From Auanema rhodensis (taxonomy: Eukaryota; Animalia; Nematoda), in assembly GCA_964057225.1 (NCBI GenBank), contig OZ059896.1:3782001-3846000 (forward strand): a stretch of DNA of 64,000 nt, given 5' to 3'. The notes beneath the pieces were generated by a model. The model was given only the letters and a program-made list of their open reading frames with translations, made no database searches and had not been told where the DNA came from. A program made the translations under genes and the position numbers. This document shows positions 28,501-43,500 of the stretch, in pieces (position 1 is the stretch's first letter; every line of letters starts with the position of its first letter).

Positions 28501-31500
28501 TCAATGTAGTATAGTGCATTCGATGCGGATTTTTAAGCTGCGTCGATCTGTACTATCAGATTTGCGCTAGCTTGAAAATGCACCGAGATATCAACTGATA
28601 TAAGTTCACACTTATATCCTCGATTTTCACCCTGAAGAATTAATTTTTTCGTTGAATAACATTGTCCATCGTTTTTGCCTCAAAAAAAGGAATCTAAAAA
28701 CATCTACTTTTCGCTAAATTATTTTGAAATTTTTCGAAAAAATTTTTGTCAAAATGTTTTTGGAAGCAATTTTGAGTGTACATGGAAACTCAACATACAC
28801 TATTGCATCATTTTTCAAACGATCATAACTAATTTTTGTATTAAGCTTTTCTTAATGTAGTATAGTGCATTCGATGCGGATTTTTAAGCTGCGTCGATCT
28901 GTACTATCAGATTTGCGCTAGCTTGAAAATGCACCGAGATATGAACTGATATAAGTTCACACTTATATCCTCGATTTTCACCCTGAAGAATTAATTTTTT
29001 CGTTGAATTACATTGTCCATCGTTTTTGCCTTGAAAAAAGGAATCTAAAAACATCTACTTTTCGCTAAATTATTTTGAAATTTTTCGAAAAAATTTTTGT
29101 CAAAATGTTTTTGGAAGCAATTTTGAGTGTACATGGAAACTCAACATACACTAATGCATCATTTTTCAAACGATCATAACTAATTTTTGTATTAAGCGTT
29201 TCTCAATGTAGTATAGTGCATTCGATGCGGATTTTTAAGCTGCGTCGATCTGTACTATCAGATTTGCGCTAGCTTGAAAATGCACCGAGATATCAACTGA
29301 TATAAGTTCACACCTATATCCTCGATTTTCACCCTGAAGAATTAATTTTTTCGTTGAATAACATTGTCCTTCGTTTTTGCCTTGAAAAAAGGAATCTAAA
29401 AACATCTACTTTTTGCTAAATTATTTTGAAATTTTTCGAAAAAATTTTTGTCAAAATGTTTTTGGAAGCAATTTTGAGTGTACATGGAAACTCAACATAC
29501 ACTAATGCATCATTTTTCAAACGATCATAACTTATTTTTGTATTAAGCGTTTCTCAATGTAGTATAGTGCATTCGATGCGGATTTTTAAGCTGCGTCGAT
29601 CTGTACTATCAGATTTGCGCTAGCTTGAAAATGCACCGAGATATCAACTGATATAAGTTCACACTTATATCCTCGATTTTCACCCTGAAGAATTAATTTT
29701 TTCGTTGAATAACATTGTCCATCGTTTTTGCCTCAAAAAAAGGAATCTAAAAACATCTACTTTTCGCTAAATTATTTTGAAATTTTTCGAAAAAATTTTT
29801 GTCAAAATGTTTTTGGAAGCAATTTTGAGTGTACATGGAAACTCAACATACACTATTGCATCATTTTTCAAACGATCATAACTAATTTTTGTATTAAGCT
29901 TTTCTTAATGTAGTATAGTGCATTCGATGCGGATTTTTAAGCTGCGTCGATCTGTACTATCAGATTTGCGCTAGCTTGAAAATGCACCGAGATATGAACT
30001 GATATAAGTTCACACTTATATCCTCGATTTTCACCCTGAAGAATTAATTTTTTCGTTGAATTACATTGTCCATCGTTTTTGCCTTGAAAAAAGGAATCTA
30101 AAAACATCTACTTTTCGCTAAATTATTTTGAAATTTTTCGAAAAAATTTTTGTCAAAATGTTTTTGGAAGCAATTTTGAGTGTACATGGAAACTCAACAT
30201 ACACTAATGCATCATTTTTCAAACGATCATAACTTATTTTTGTATTAAGCGTTTCTCAATGTAGTATAGTGCATTCGATGCGGATTTTTAAGCTGCGTCG
30301 ATCTGTACTATCAGATTTGCGCTAGCTTGAAAATGCACCGAGATATGAACTGATATAAGTTCACACTTATATCCTCGATTTTCACCCTGAAGAATTAATT
30401 TTTTCGTTGAATTACATTGTCCATCGTTTTTGCCTTGAAAAAAGGAATCTAAAAACATCTACTTTTCGCTAAATTATTTTGAAATTTTTCGAAAAAATTT
30501 TTGTCAAAATGTTTTTGGAAGCAATTTTGAGTGTACATGGAAACTCAACATACACTAATGCATCATTTTTCAAACGATCATAACTAATTTTTGTATTAAG
30601 CGTTTCTCAATGTAGTATAGTGCATTCGATGCGGATTTTTAAGCTGCGTCGATCTGTACTATCAGATTTGCGCTAGCTTGAAAATGCACCGAGATATCAA
30701 CTGATATAAGTTCACACCTATATCCTCGATTTTCACCCTGAAGAATTAATTTTTTCGTTGAATAACATTGTCCTTCGTTTTTGCCTTGAAAAAAGGAATC
30801 TAAAAACATCTACTTTTTGCTAAATTATTTTGAAATTTTTCGAAAAAATTTTTGTCAAAATGTTTTTGGAAGCAATTTTGAGTGTACATGGAAACTCAAC
30901 ATACACTAATGCATCATTTTTCAAACGATCATAACTAATTTTTGTATTAAGCGTTTCTCAATGTAGTATAGTGCATTCGATGCGGATTTTTAAGCTGCGT
31001 CGATCTGTACTATCAGATTTGCGCTAGCTTGAAAATGCACCGAGATATCAACTGATATAAGTTCACACTTATATCCTCGATTTTCACCCTGAAGAATTAA
31101 TTTTTTCGTTGAATAACATTGTCCATCGTTTTTGCCTCGAAAAAAGGAATCTAAAAACATCTACTTTCCGCTAAATTATTTTGAAATTTTTCGAAAAAAT
31201 TTTTGTCAAAATGTTTTTGGAAGCAATTTTGAGTGTACATGGAAACTCAACATACACTAATGCATCATTTTTCAAACGATCATAACTTATTTTTGTATTA
31301 AGCGTTTCTCAATGTAGTATAGTGCATTCGATGCGGATTTTTAAGCTGCGTCGATCTGTACTATCAGATTTGCGCTAGCTTGAAAATGCACCGAGATATC
31401 AACTGATATAAGTTCACACTTATATCCTCGATTTTCACCCTGAAGAATTAATTTTTTCGTTGAATAACATTGTCCATCGTTTTTGCCTCAAAAAAAGGAA

Positions 31501-34500
31501 TCTAAAAACATCTACTTTTCGCTAAATTATTTTGAAATTTTTCGAAAAAATTTTTGTCAAAATGTTTTTGGAAGCAATTTTGAGTGTACATGGAAACTCA
31601 ACATACACTATTGCATCATTTTTCAAACGATCATAACTAATTTTTGTATTAAGCTTTTCTTAATGTAGTATAGTGCATTCGATGCGGATTTTTAAGCTGC
31701 GTCGATCTGTACTATCAGATTTGCGCTAGCTTGAAAATGCACCGAGATATGAACTGATATAAGTTCACACTTATATCCTCGATTTTCACCCTGAAGAATT
31801 AATTTTTTCGTTGAATTACATTGTCCATCGTTTTTGCCTTGAAAAAAGGAATCTAAAAACATCTACTTTTCGCTAAATTATTTTGAAATTTTTCGAAAAA
31901 ATTTTTGTCAAAATGTTTTTGGAAGCAATTTTGAGTGTACATGGAAACTCAACATACACTAATGCATCATTTTTCAAACGATCATAACTAATTTTTGTAT
32001 TAAGCGTTTCTCAATGTAGTATAGTGCATTCGATGCGGATTTTTAAGCTGCGTCGATCTGTACTATCAGATTTGCGCTAGCTTGAAAATGCACCGAGATA
32101 TCAACTGATATAAGTTCACACTTATATCCTCGATTTTCACCCTGAAGAATTAATTTTTTCGTTGAATAACATTGTCCATCGTTTTTGCCTCGAAAAAAGG
32201 AATCTAAAAACATCTACTTTTCGCTAAATTATTTTGAAATTTTTCGAAAAAATTTTTGTCAAAATGTTTTTGGAAGCAATTTTGAGTGTACATGGAAACT
32301 CAACATACACTAATGCATCATTTTTCAAACGATCATAACTTATTTTTGTATTAAGCGTTTCTCAATGTAGTATAGTGCATTCGATGCGGATTTTTAAGCT
32401 GCGTCGATCTGTACTATCAGATTTGCGCTAGCTTGAAAATGCACCGAGATATCAACTGATATAAGTTCACACTTATATCCTCGATTTTCACCCTGAAGAA
32501 TTAATTTTTTCGTTGAATAACATTGTCCATCGTTTTTGCCTCGAAAAAAGGAATCTAAAAACATCTACTTTTCGCTAAATTATTTTGAAATTTTTCGAAA
32601 AAATTTTTGTCAAAATGTTTTTGGAAGCAATTTTGAGTGTACATGGAAACTCAACATACACTAATGCATCATTTTTCAAACGATCATAACTTATTTTTGT
32701 ATTAAGCGTTTCTCAATGTAGTATAGTGCATTCGATGCGGATTTTTAAGCTGCGTCGATCTGTACTATCAGATTTGCGCTAGCTTGAAAATGCACCGAGA
32801 TATCAACTGATATAAGTTCACACTTATATCCTCGATTTTCACCCTGAAGAATTAATTTTTTCGTTGAATAACATTGTCCATCGTTTTTGCCTCAAAAAAA
32901 GGAATCTAAAAACATCTACTTTTCGCTAAATTATTTTGAAATTTTTCGAAAAAATTTTTGTCAAAATGTTTTTGGAAGCAATTTTGAGTGTACATGGAAA
33001 CTCAACATACACTATTGCATCATTTTTCAAACGATCATAACTAATTTTTGTATTAAGCTTTTCTTAATGTAGTATAGTGCATTCGATGCGGATTTTTAAG
33101 CTGCGTCGATCTGTACTATCAGATTTGCGCTAGCTTGAAAATGCACCGAGATATGAACTGATATAAGTTCACACTTATATCCTCGATTTTCACCCTGAAG
33201 AATTAATTTTTTCGTTGAATTACATTGTCCATCGTTTTTGCCTTGAAAAAAGGAATCTAAAAACATCTACTTTTCGCTAAATTATTTTGAAATTTTTCGA
33301 AAAAATTTTTGTCAAAATGTTTTTGGAAGCAATTTTGAGTGTACATGGAAACTCAACATACACTAATGCATCATTTTTCAAACGATCATAACTAATTTTT
33401 GTATTAAGCGTTTCTCAATGTAGTATAGTGCATTCGATGCGGATTTTTAAGCTGCGTCGATCTGTACTATCAGATTTGCGCTAGCTTGAAAATGCACCGA
33501 GATATCAACTGATATAAGTTCACACCTATATCCTCGATTTTCACCCTGAAGAATTAATTTTTTCGTTGAATAACATTGTCCTTCGTTTTTGCCTTGAAAA
33601 AAGGAATCTAAAAACATCTACTTTTTGCTAAATTATTTTGAAATTTTTCGAAAAAATTTTTGTCAAAATGTTTTTGGAAGCAATTTTGAGTGTACATGGA
33701 AACTCAACATACACTAATGCATCATTTTTCAAACGATCATAACTTATTTTTGTATTAAGCGTTTCTCAATGTAGTATAGTGCATTCGATGCGGATTTTTA
33801 AGCTGCGTCGATCTGTACTATCAGATTTGCGCTAGCTTGAAAATGCACCGAGATATCAACTGATATAAGTTCACACTTATATCCTCGATTTTCACCCTGA
33901 AGAATTAATTTTTTCGTTGAATAACATTGTCCATCGTTTTTGCCTCAAAAAAAGGAATCTAAAAACATCTACTTTTCGCTAAATTATTTTGAAATTTTTC
34001 GAAAAAATTTTTGTCAAAATGTTTTTGGAAGCAATTTTGAGTGTACATGGAAACTCAACATACACTATTGCATCATTTTTCAAACGATCATAACTAATTT
34101 TTGTATTAAGCTTTTCTTAATGTAGTATAGTGCATTCGATGCGGATTTTTAAGCTGCGTCGATCTGTACTATCAGATTTGCGCTAGCTTGAAAATGCACC
34201 GAGATATGAACTGATATAAGTTCACACTTATATCCTCGATTTTCACCCTGAAGAATTAATTTTTTCGTTGAATTACATTGTCCATCGTTTTTGCCTTGAA
34301 AAAAGGAATCTAAAAACATCTACTTTTCGCTAAATTATTTTGAAATTTTTCGAAAAAATTTTTGTCAAAATGTTTTTGGAAGCAATTTTGAGTGTACATG
34401 GAAACTCAACATACACTAATGCATCATTTTTCAAACGATCATAACTTATTTTTGTATTAAGCGTTTCTCAATGTAGTATAGTGCATTCGATGCGGATTTT

Positions 34501-37500
34501 TAAGCTGCGTCGATCTGTACTATCAGATTTGCGCTAGCTTGAAAATGCACCGAGATATGAACTGATATAAGTTCACACTTATATCCTCGATTTTCACCCT
34601 GAAGAATTAATTTTTTCGTTGAATTACATTGTCCATCGTTTTTGCCTTGAAAAAAGGAATCTAAAAACATCTACTTTTCGCTAAATTATTTTGAAATTTT
34701 TCGAAAAAATTTTTGTCAAAATGTTTTTGGAAGCAATTTTGAGTGTACATGGAAACTCAACATACACTAATGCATCATTTTTCAAACGATCATAACTAAT
34801 TTTTGTATTAAGCGTTTCTCAATGTAGTATAGTGCATTCGATGCGGATTTTTAAGCTGCGTCGATCTGTACTATCAGATTTGCGCTAGCTTGAAAATGCA
34901 CCGAGATATCAACTGATATAAGTTCACACCTATATCCTCGATTTTCACCCTGAAGAATTAATTTTTTCGTTGAATAACATTGTCCTTCGTTTTTGCCTTG
35001 AAAAAAGGAATCTAAAAACATCTACTTTTTGCTAAATTATTTTGAAATTTTTCGAAAAAATTTTTGTCAAAATGTTTTTGGAAGCAATTTTGAGTGTACA
35101 TGGAAACTCAACATACACTAATGCATCATTTTTCAAACGATCATAACTAATTTTTGTATTAAGCGTTTCTCAATGTAGTATAGTGCATTCGATGCGGATT
35201 TTTAAGCTGCGTCGATCTGTACTATCAGATTTGCGCTAGCTTGAAAATGCACCGAGATATCAACTGATATAAGTTCACACTTATATCCTCGATTTTCACC
35301 CTGAAGAATTAATTTTTTCGTTGAATTACATTGTCCATCGTTTTTGCCTTGAAAAAAAGAATCTAAAAACATCTACTTTTCGCTATATTATTTTGAAATT
35401 TTTCGAAAAAATTTTTGTCAAAATGTTTTTGGAAGCAATTTTGAGTGTACATGGAAACTCAACATACACTAATGCATCATTTTTCAAACGATCATAACTA
35501 ATTTTTGTATTAAGCGTTTCTCAATGTAGTATAGTGCATTCGATGCGGATTTTTAAGCTGCGTCGATCTGTACTATCAGATTTGCGCTAGCTTGAAAATG
35601 CACCGAGATATGAACTGATATAAGTTCACACTTATATCCTCGATTTTCACCCTGAAGAATTAATTTTTTCGTTGAATTACATTGTCCATCGTTTTTGCCT
35701 TGAAAAAAGGAATCTAAAAACATCTACTTTTCGCTAAATTATTTTGAAATTTTTCGAAAAAATTTTTGTCAAAATGTTTTTGGAAGCAATTTTGAGTGTA
35801 CATGGAAACTCAACATACACTAATGCATCATTTTTCAAACGATCATAACTAATTTTTGTATTAAGCGTTTCTCAATGTAGTATAGTGCATTCGATGCGGA
35901 TTTTTAAGCTGCGTCGATCTGTACTATCAGATTTGCGCTAGCTTGAAAATGCACCGAGATATCAACTGATATAAGTTCACACCTATATCCTCGATTTTCA
36001 CCCTGAAGAATTAATTTTTTCGTTGAATAACATTGTCCTTCGTTTTTGCCTTGAAAAAAGGAATCTAAAAACATCTACTTTTTGCTAAATTATTTTGAAA
36101 TTTTTCGAAAAAATTTTTGTCAAAATGTTTTTGGAAGCAATTTTGAGTGTACATGGAAACTCAACATACACTAATGCATCATTTTTCAAACGATCATAAC
36201 TAATTTTTGTATTAAGCGTTTCTCAATGTAGTATAGTGCATTCGATGCGGATTTTTAAGCTGCGTCGATCTGTACTATCAGATTTGCGCTAGCTTGAAAA
36301 TGCACCGAGATATCAACTGATATAAGTTCACACTTATATCCTCGATTTTCACCCTGAAGAATTAATTTTTTCGTTGAATTACATTGTCCATCGTTTTTGC
36401 CTTGAAAAAAAGAATCTAAAAACATCTACTTTTCGCTATATTATTTTGAAATTTTTCGAAAAAATTTTTGTCAAAATGTTTTTGGAAGCAATTTTGAGTG
36501 TACATGGAACCTAACATACACTAGTGCATCAGTTTTCAAACGATCATAACTTATTTTTATATTAAGCGTTTCTCAATGTAGTATAGTGCATTCGATGCGG
36601 ATTTTTAAGCTGCGTCGATCTGTACTATCAGATTTGCGCTAGCTTGAAAATGCACCGAGATATGAACTGATATAAGTTCACACTTATATCCTCGATTTTC
36701 ACCCTGAAGAATTAATTTTTTCGTTGAATAACATTGTCCATCGTTTTTGCCTCGAAAAAAGGAATCTAAAAACATCTACTTTTCGCTAAATTATTTTGAA
36801 ATTTTTCGAAAAAATTTTTGTCAAAATGTTTTTGGAAGCAATTTTGAGTGTACATGGAAACTCAACATACACTATTGCATCATTTTTCAAACGATCATAA
36901 CTTATTTTTGTATTAAGCGTTTCTCAATGTAGTATAGTGCATTCGATGCGGATTTTTAAGCTGCGTCGATCTGTACTATCAGATTTGCGCTAGCTTGAAA
37001 ATGCACCGAGATATGAACTGATATAAGTTCACACTTATATCCTCGATTTTCACCCTGAAGAATTAATTTTTTCGTTGAATTACATTGTCCATCGTTTTTG
37101 CCTTGAAAAAAGGAATCTAAAAACATCTACTTTTCGCTAAATTATTTTGAAATTTTTCGAAAAAATTTTTGTCAAAATGTTTTTGGAAGCAATTTTGAGT
37201 GTACATGGAAACTCAACATACACTAATGCATCATTTTTCAAACGATCATAACTAATTTTTGTATTGAGCGTTTCTCAATGTAGTATAGTGCATTCGATGC
37301 GGATTTTTAAGCTGCGTCGATCTGTACTATCAGATTTGCGCTAGCTTGAAAATGCACCGAGATATGAACTGATATAAGTTCACACTTATATCCTCGATTT
37401 TCACCCTGAAGAATTAATTTTTTCGTTGAATTACATTGTCCATCGTTTTTGCCTTGAAAAAAGGAATCTAAAAACATCTACTTTTCGCTAAATTATTTTG

Positions 37501-40500
37501 AAATTTTTCGAAAAAATTTTTGTCAAAATGTTTTTGGAAGCAATTTTGAGTGTACATGGAAACTCAACATACACTATTGCATCATTTTTCAAACGATCAT
37601 AACTAATTTTTGTATTAAGCTTTCCTCAATGTAGTATAGTGCATTCGATGCGGATTTTTAAGCTGCGTCGATCTGTACTATCAGATTTGCGCTAGCTTGA
37701 AAATGCACCGAGATATGAACTGATATAAGTTCACACTTATATCCTCGATTTTCACCCTGAAGAATTAATTTTTTCGTTGAATTACATTGTCCATCGTTTT
37801 TGCCTTGAAAAAAGGAATCTAAAAACATCTACTTTTCGCTAAATTATTTTGAAATTTTTCGAAAAAATTTTTGTCAAAATGTTTTTGGAAGCAATTTTGA
37901 GTGTACATGGAAACTCAACATACACTAATGCATCATTTTTCAAACGATCATAACTAATTTTTGTATTGAGCGTTTCTCAATGTAGTATAGTGCATTCGAT
38001 GCGGATTTTTAAGCTGCGTCGATCTGTACTATCAGATTTGCGCTAGCTTGAAAATGCACCGAGATATGAACTGATATAAGTTCACACTTATATCCTCGAT
38101 TTTCACCCTGAAGAATTAATTTTTTCGTTGAATTACATTGTCCATCGTTTTTGCCTTGAAAAAAGGAATCTAAAAACATCTACTTTTCGCTAAATTATTT
38201 TGAAATTTTTCGAAAAAATTTTTGTCAAAATGTTTTTGGAAGCAATTTTGAGTGTACATGGAAACTCAACATACACTATTGCATCATTTTTCAAACGATC
38301 ATAACTAATTTTTGTATTAAGCTTTCCTCAATGTAGTATAGTGCATTCGATGCGGATTTTTAAGCTGCGTCGATCTGTACTATCAGATTTGCGCTAGCTT
38401 GAAAATGCACCGAGATATGAACTGATATAAGTTCACACTTATATCCTCGATTTTCACCCTGAAGAATTAATTTTTTCGTTGAATTACATTGTCCATCGTT
38501 TTTGCCTTGAAAAAAGGAATCTAAAAACATCTACTTTTCGCTAAATTATTTTGAAATTTTTCGAAAAAATTTTTGTCAAAATGTTTTTGGAAGCAATTTT
38601 GAGTGTACATGGAAACTCAACATACACTAATGCATCATTTTTCAAACGATCATAACTTATTTTTGTATTAAGCGTTTCTCAATGTAGTATAGTGCATTCG
38701 ATGCGGATTTTTAAGCTGCGTCGATCTGTACTATCAGATTTGCGCTAGCTTGAAAATGCACCGAGATATCAACTGATATAAGTTCACACTTATATCCTCG
38801 ATTTTCACCCTGAAGAATTAATTTTTTCGTTGAATAACATTGTCCATCGTTTTTGCCTCGAAAAAAGGAATCTAAAAACATCTACTTTTCGCTAAATTAT
38901 TTTGAAATTTTTCGAAAAAATTTTTGTCAAAATGTTTTTGGAAGCAATTTTGAGTGTACATGGAAACTCAACATACACTAATGCATCATTTTTCAAACGA
39001 TCATAACTAATTTTTGTATTAAGCGTTTCTCAATGTAGTATGGTGCATTCGATGCGGATTTTTAAGCTGCGTCGATCTGTGTTATCAGATTTCCGCTAGC
39101 TTAAAAATGCACCGAGATATCAACTGATATAAGTTCACACCTATATCCTCGATTTTCACACTGAAGAATTAATTTTTTCGTTGAATAACATTGTCCATCG
39201 TTTTTGCCTTGAAAAAAGGAATCTAAAAACATCTACTTTTTGCTAAATTATTTTGAAATTTTTCGAAAAAATTTTTGTCAAAATGTTTTTGGAAGCAATT
39301 TTGAGTGTACATGGAAACTCAACATACACTAATGCATCATTTTTCAAACGATCATAACTAATTTTTGTATTAAGCGTTTCTCAATGTAGTATAGTGCATT
39401 CGATGCGGATTTTTAAGCTGCGTCGATCTGTACTATCAGATTTGCGCTAGCTTGAAAATGCACCGAGATATCAACTGATATAAGTTCACACCTATATCCT
39501 CGATTTTCACCCTGAAGAATTAATTTTTTCGTTGAAAAACATTGTCCATCGTTTTTGCCTTGAAAAAAGGAATCTAAAAACATCTACTTTTTGCTAAATT
39601 ATTTTGAAATTTTTCGGGAAAATTTTTGTCAAAATGTTTTTGGAAGCAATGTTGAGTGTACATGGAAACTCAACATACACTAATGCATCATTTTTCAAAC
39701 GATCATAACTAATTTTTGTATTAAGCTTTTCTTAATGTAGTATAGTGCATTCGATGCGGATTTTTAAGCTGCGTCGATCTGTACTATCAGATTTGCGCTA
39801 GCTGGAAAATGCACCGAGATATGAACTGATATAAGTTCACACTTATATCCTCGATTTTCACCCTGAAGAATTAATTTTTTCGTTGAATTACATTGTCCAT
39901 CGTTTTTGCCTTGAAAAAAGGAATCTAAAAACATCTACTTTTCGCTAAATTATTTTGAAATTTTTCGAAAAAATTTTTGTCAAAATGTTTTTGGAAGCAA
40001 TTTTGAGTGTACATGGAAACTCAACATACACTAATGCATCATTTTTCAAACGATCATAACTTATTTTTGTATTAAGCGTTTCTCAATGTAGTATAGTGCA
40101 TTCGATGCGGATTTTTAAGCTGCGTCGATCTGTACTATCAGATTTGCGCTAGCTTGAAAATGCACCGAGATATCAACTGATATAAGTTCACACTTATATC
40201 CTCGATTTTCACCCTGAAGAATTAATTTTTTCGTTGAATAACATTGTCCATCGTTTTTGCCTCGAAAAAAGGAATCTAAAAACATCTACTTTTCGCTAAA
40301 TTATTTTGAAATTTTTCGAAAAAATTTTTGTCAAAATGTTTTTGGAAGCAATTTTGAGTGTACATGGAAACTCAACATACACTAATGCATCATTTTTCAA
40401 ACGATCATAACTTATTTTTGTATTAAGCGTTTCTCAATGTAGTATAGTGCATTCGATGCGGATTTTTAAGCTGCGTCGATCTGTACTATCAGATTTGCGC

Positions 40501-43500
40501 TAGCTTGAAAATGCACCGAGATATCAACTGATATAAGTTCACACTTATATCCTCGATTTTCACCCTGAAGAATTAATTTTTTCGTTGAATAACATTGTCC
40601 ATCGTTTTTGCCTCAAAAAAAGGAATCTAAAAACATCTACTTTTCGCTAAATTATTTTGAAATTTTTCGAAAAAATTTTTGTCAAAATGTTTTTGGAAGC
40701 AATTTTGAGTGTACATGGAAACTCAACATACACTAATGCATCATTTTTCAAACGATCATAACTAATTTTTGTATTAAGCGTTTCTCAATGTAGTATAGTG
40801 CATTCGATGCGGATTTTTAAGCTGCGTCGATTTGTACTATCAGATTTGCGCTAGCTTGAAAATGCACCGAGATATCAACTGATATAAGTTCACACCTATA
40901 TCCTCGATTTTCACCCTGAAGAATTAATTTTTTCGTTGAATAACATTGTCCATCGTTTTTGCCTTGAAAAAAGGAATCTAAAAACATCTACTTTTTGCTA
41001 AATTATTTTGAAATTTTTCGAAAAAATTTTTGTCAAAATGTTTTTGGAAGCAATTTTGAGTGTACATGGAAACTCAACATACACTAATGCATCATTTTTC
41101 AAACGATCATAACTTATTTTTGTATTAAGCGTTTCTCAATGTAGTATAGTGCATTCGATGCGGATTTTTAAGCTGCGTCGATCTGTACTATCAGATTTGC
41201 GCTAGCTTGAAAATGCACCGAGATATGAACTGATATAAGTTCACACTTATATCCTCGATTTTCACCCTGAAGAATTAATTTTTTCGTTGAATTACATTGT
41301 CCATCGTTTTTGCCTTGAAAAAAGGAATCTAAAAACATCTACTTTTTGCTGAATTATTTTGAAATTTTTCGAAAAAATTTTTGTCAAAATGTTTTTGGAA
41401 GCAATTTTGAGTGTACATGGAAACTCAACATACACTAATGCATCATTTTTCAAACGATCATAACTAATTTTTGTATTAAGCGTTTCTCAATGTAGTATAG
41501 TGCATTCGATGCGGATTTTTAAGCTGCGTCGATCTGTACTATCAGATTTGCGCTAGCTTGAAAATGCACCGAGATATCAACTGATATAAGTTCACACCTA
41601 TATCCTCGATTTTCACCCTGAAGAATTAATTTTTTCGTTGAAAAACATTGTCCATCGTTTTTGCCTTGAAAAAAGGAATCTAAAAACATCTACTTTTTGC
41701 TAAATTATTTTGAAATTTTTCGGGAAAATTTTTGTCAAAATGTTTTTGGAAGCAATGTTGAGTGTACATGGAAACTCAACATACACTAATGCATCATTTT
41801 TCAAACGATCATAACTAATTTTTGTATTAAGCTTTTCTTAATGTAGTATAGTGCATTCGATGCGGATTTTTAAGCTGCGTCGATCTGTGTTATCAGATTT
41901 GCGCTAGCTTGAAAATGCACCGAGATATCAACTGATATAAGTTCACACCTATATCCTCGATTTTCACCCTGAAGAATTAATTTTTTCGTTGAATTACATT
42001 GTCCATCGTTTTTACCTCGAAAAAAGGAATCTAAAAACATCTACTTTTCGCTAAATTATTTCGAAATTTTTCGAAAAAATTTTTGTCAAAATGTTTTTGG
42101 AAGCAATTTTGAGTGAACATGGAAACTCAACATACACTATTGCATCATTTTTCAAACGATCATAACTAATTTTTGTATTAAGCTTTTCTTAATGTAGTAT
42201 AGTGCATTCGATGCGGATTTTTAAGCTGCGTCGATCTGTACTATCAGATTTGCGCAAGCTGGAAAATGCACCGAGATATGAACTGATATAAGTTCACACT
42301 TATATCCTCGATTTTCACCCTGAAGAATTAATTTTTTCGTTGAATTACATTGTCCATCGTTTTTGCCTTGAAAAAAGGAATCTAAAAACATCTACTTTTC
42401 GCTAAATTATTTTGAAATTTTTCGAAAAAATTTTTGTCAAAATGTTTTTGGAAGCAATTTTGAGTGTACATGGAAACTCAACATACACTAATGCATCATT
42501 TTTCAAACGATCATAACTTATTTTTGTATTAAGCGTTTCTCAATGTAGTATAGTGCATTAGATGCGGATTTTTAAGCTGCGTCGATCTGTACTATCAGAT
42601 TTGCGCTAGCTTGAAAATGCACCGAGATATCAACTGATATAAGTTCACACTTATATCCTCGATTTTCACCCTGAAGAATTAATTTTTTCGTTGAATAACA
42701 TTGTCCATCGTTTTTGCCTCAAAAAAAGGAATCTAAAAACATCTACTTTTCGCTAAATTATTTTGAAATTTTTCGAAAAAATTTTTGTCAAAATGTTTTT
42801 GGAAGCAATTTTGAGTGTACATGGAAACTCAACATACACTAATGCATCATTTTTCAAACGATCATAACTAATTTTTGTATTAAGCGTTTCTCAATGTAGT
42901 ATAGTGCATTCGATGAGGATTTTCAAGCTGCGTCGATCTGTGTTATCAGATTTCCGCTAGCTTAAAAATGCACCGAGATATCAACTGATATAAGTTCACA
43001 CCTATATCCTCGATTTTCACCCTGAAGAATTAATTTTTTCGTTGAATAACATTGTCCATCGTTTTTGCCTTGAAAAAAGGAATCTAAAAACATCTACTTT
43101 TTGCTAAATTATTTTGAAATTTTTCGAAAAAATTTTTGTCAAAATGTTTTTGGAAGCAATGTTGAGTGTACATGGAAACTCAACATACACTAATGCATCA
43201 TTTTTCAAACGATCATAACTAATTTTTGTATTAAGCTTTTCTTAATGTAGTATAGTGCATTCGATGCGGACTTTTAAGCTGCGTCGATCTGTGTTATCAG
43301 ATTTGCGCTAGCTTAAAAATGCACCGAGATATCAACTGATATAAGTTCACACCTATATCCTCGATTTTCACCCTGAAGAATTAATTTTTTCGTTGAATAA
43401 CATTGTCCATCGTTTTTGCCTTGAAAAAAGGAATCTAAAAACATCTACTTTTTGCTAAATTATTTTGAAATTTTTCGAAAAAATTTTTGTCAAAATGTTT

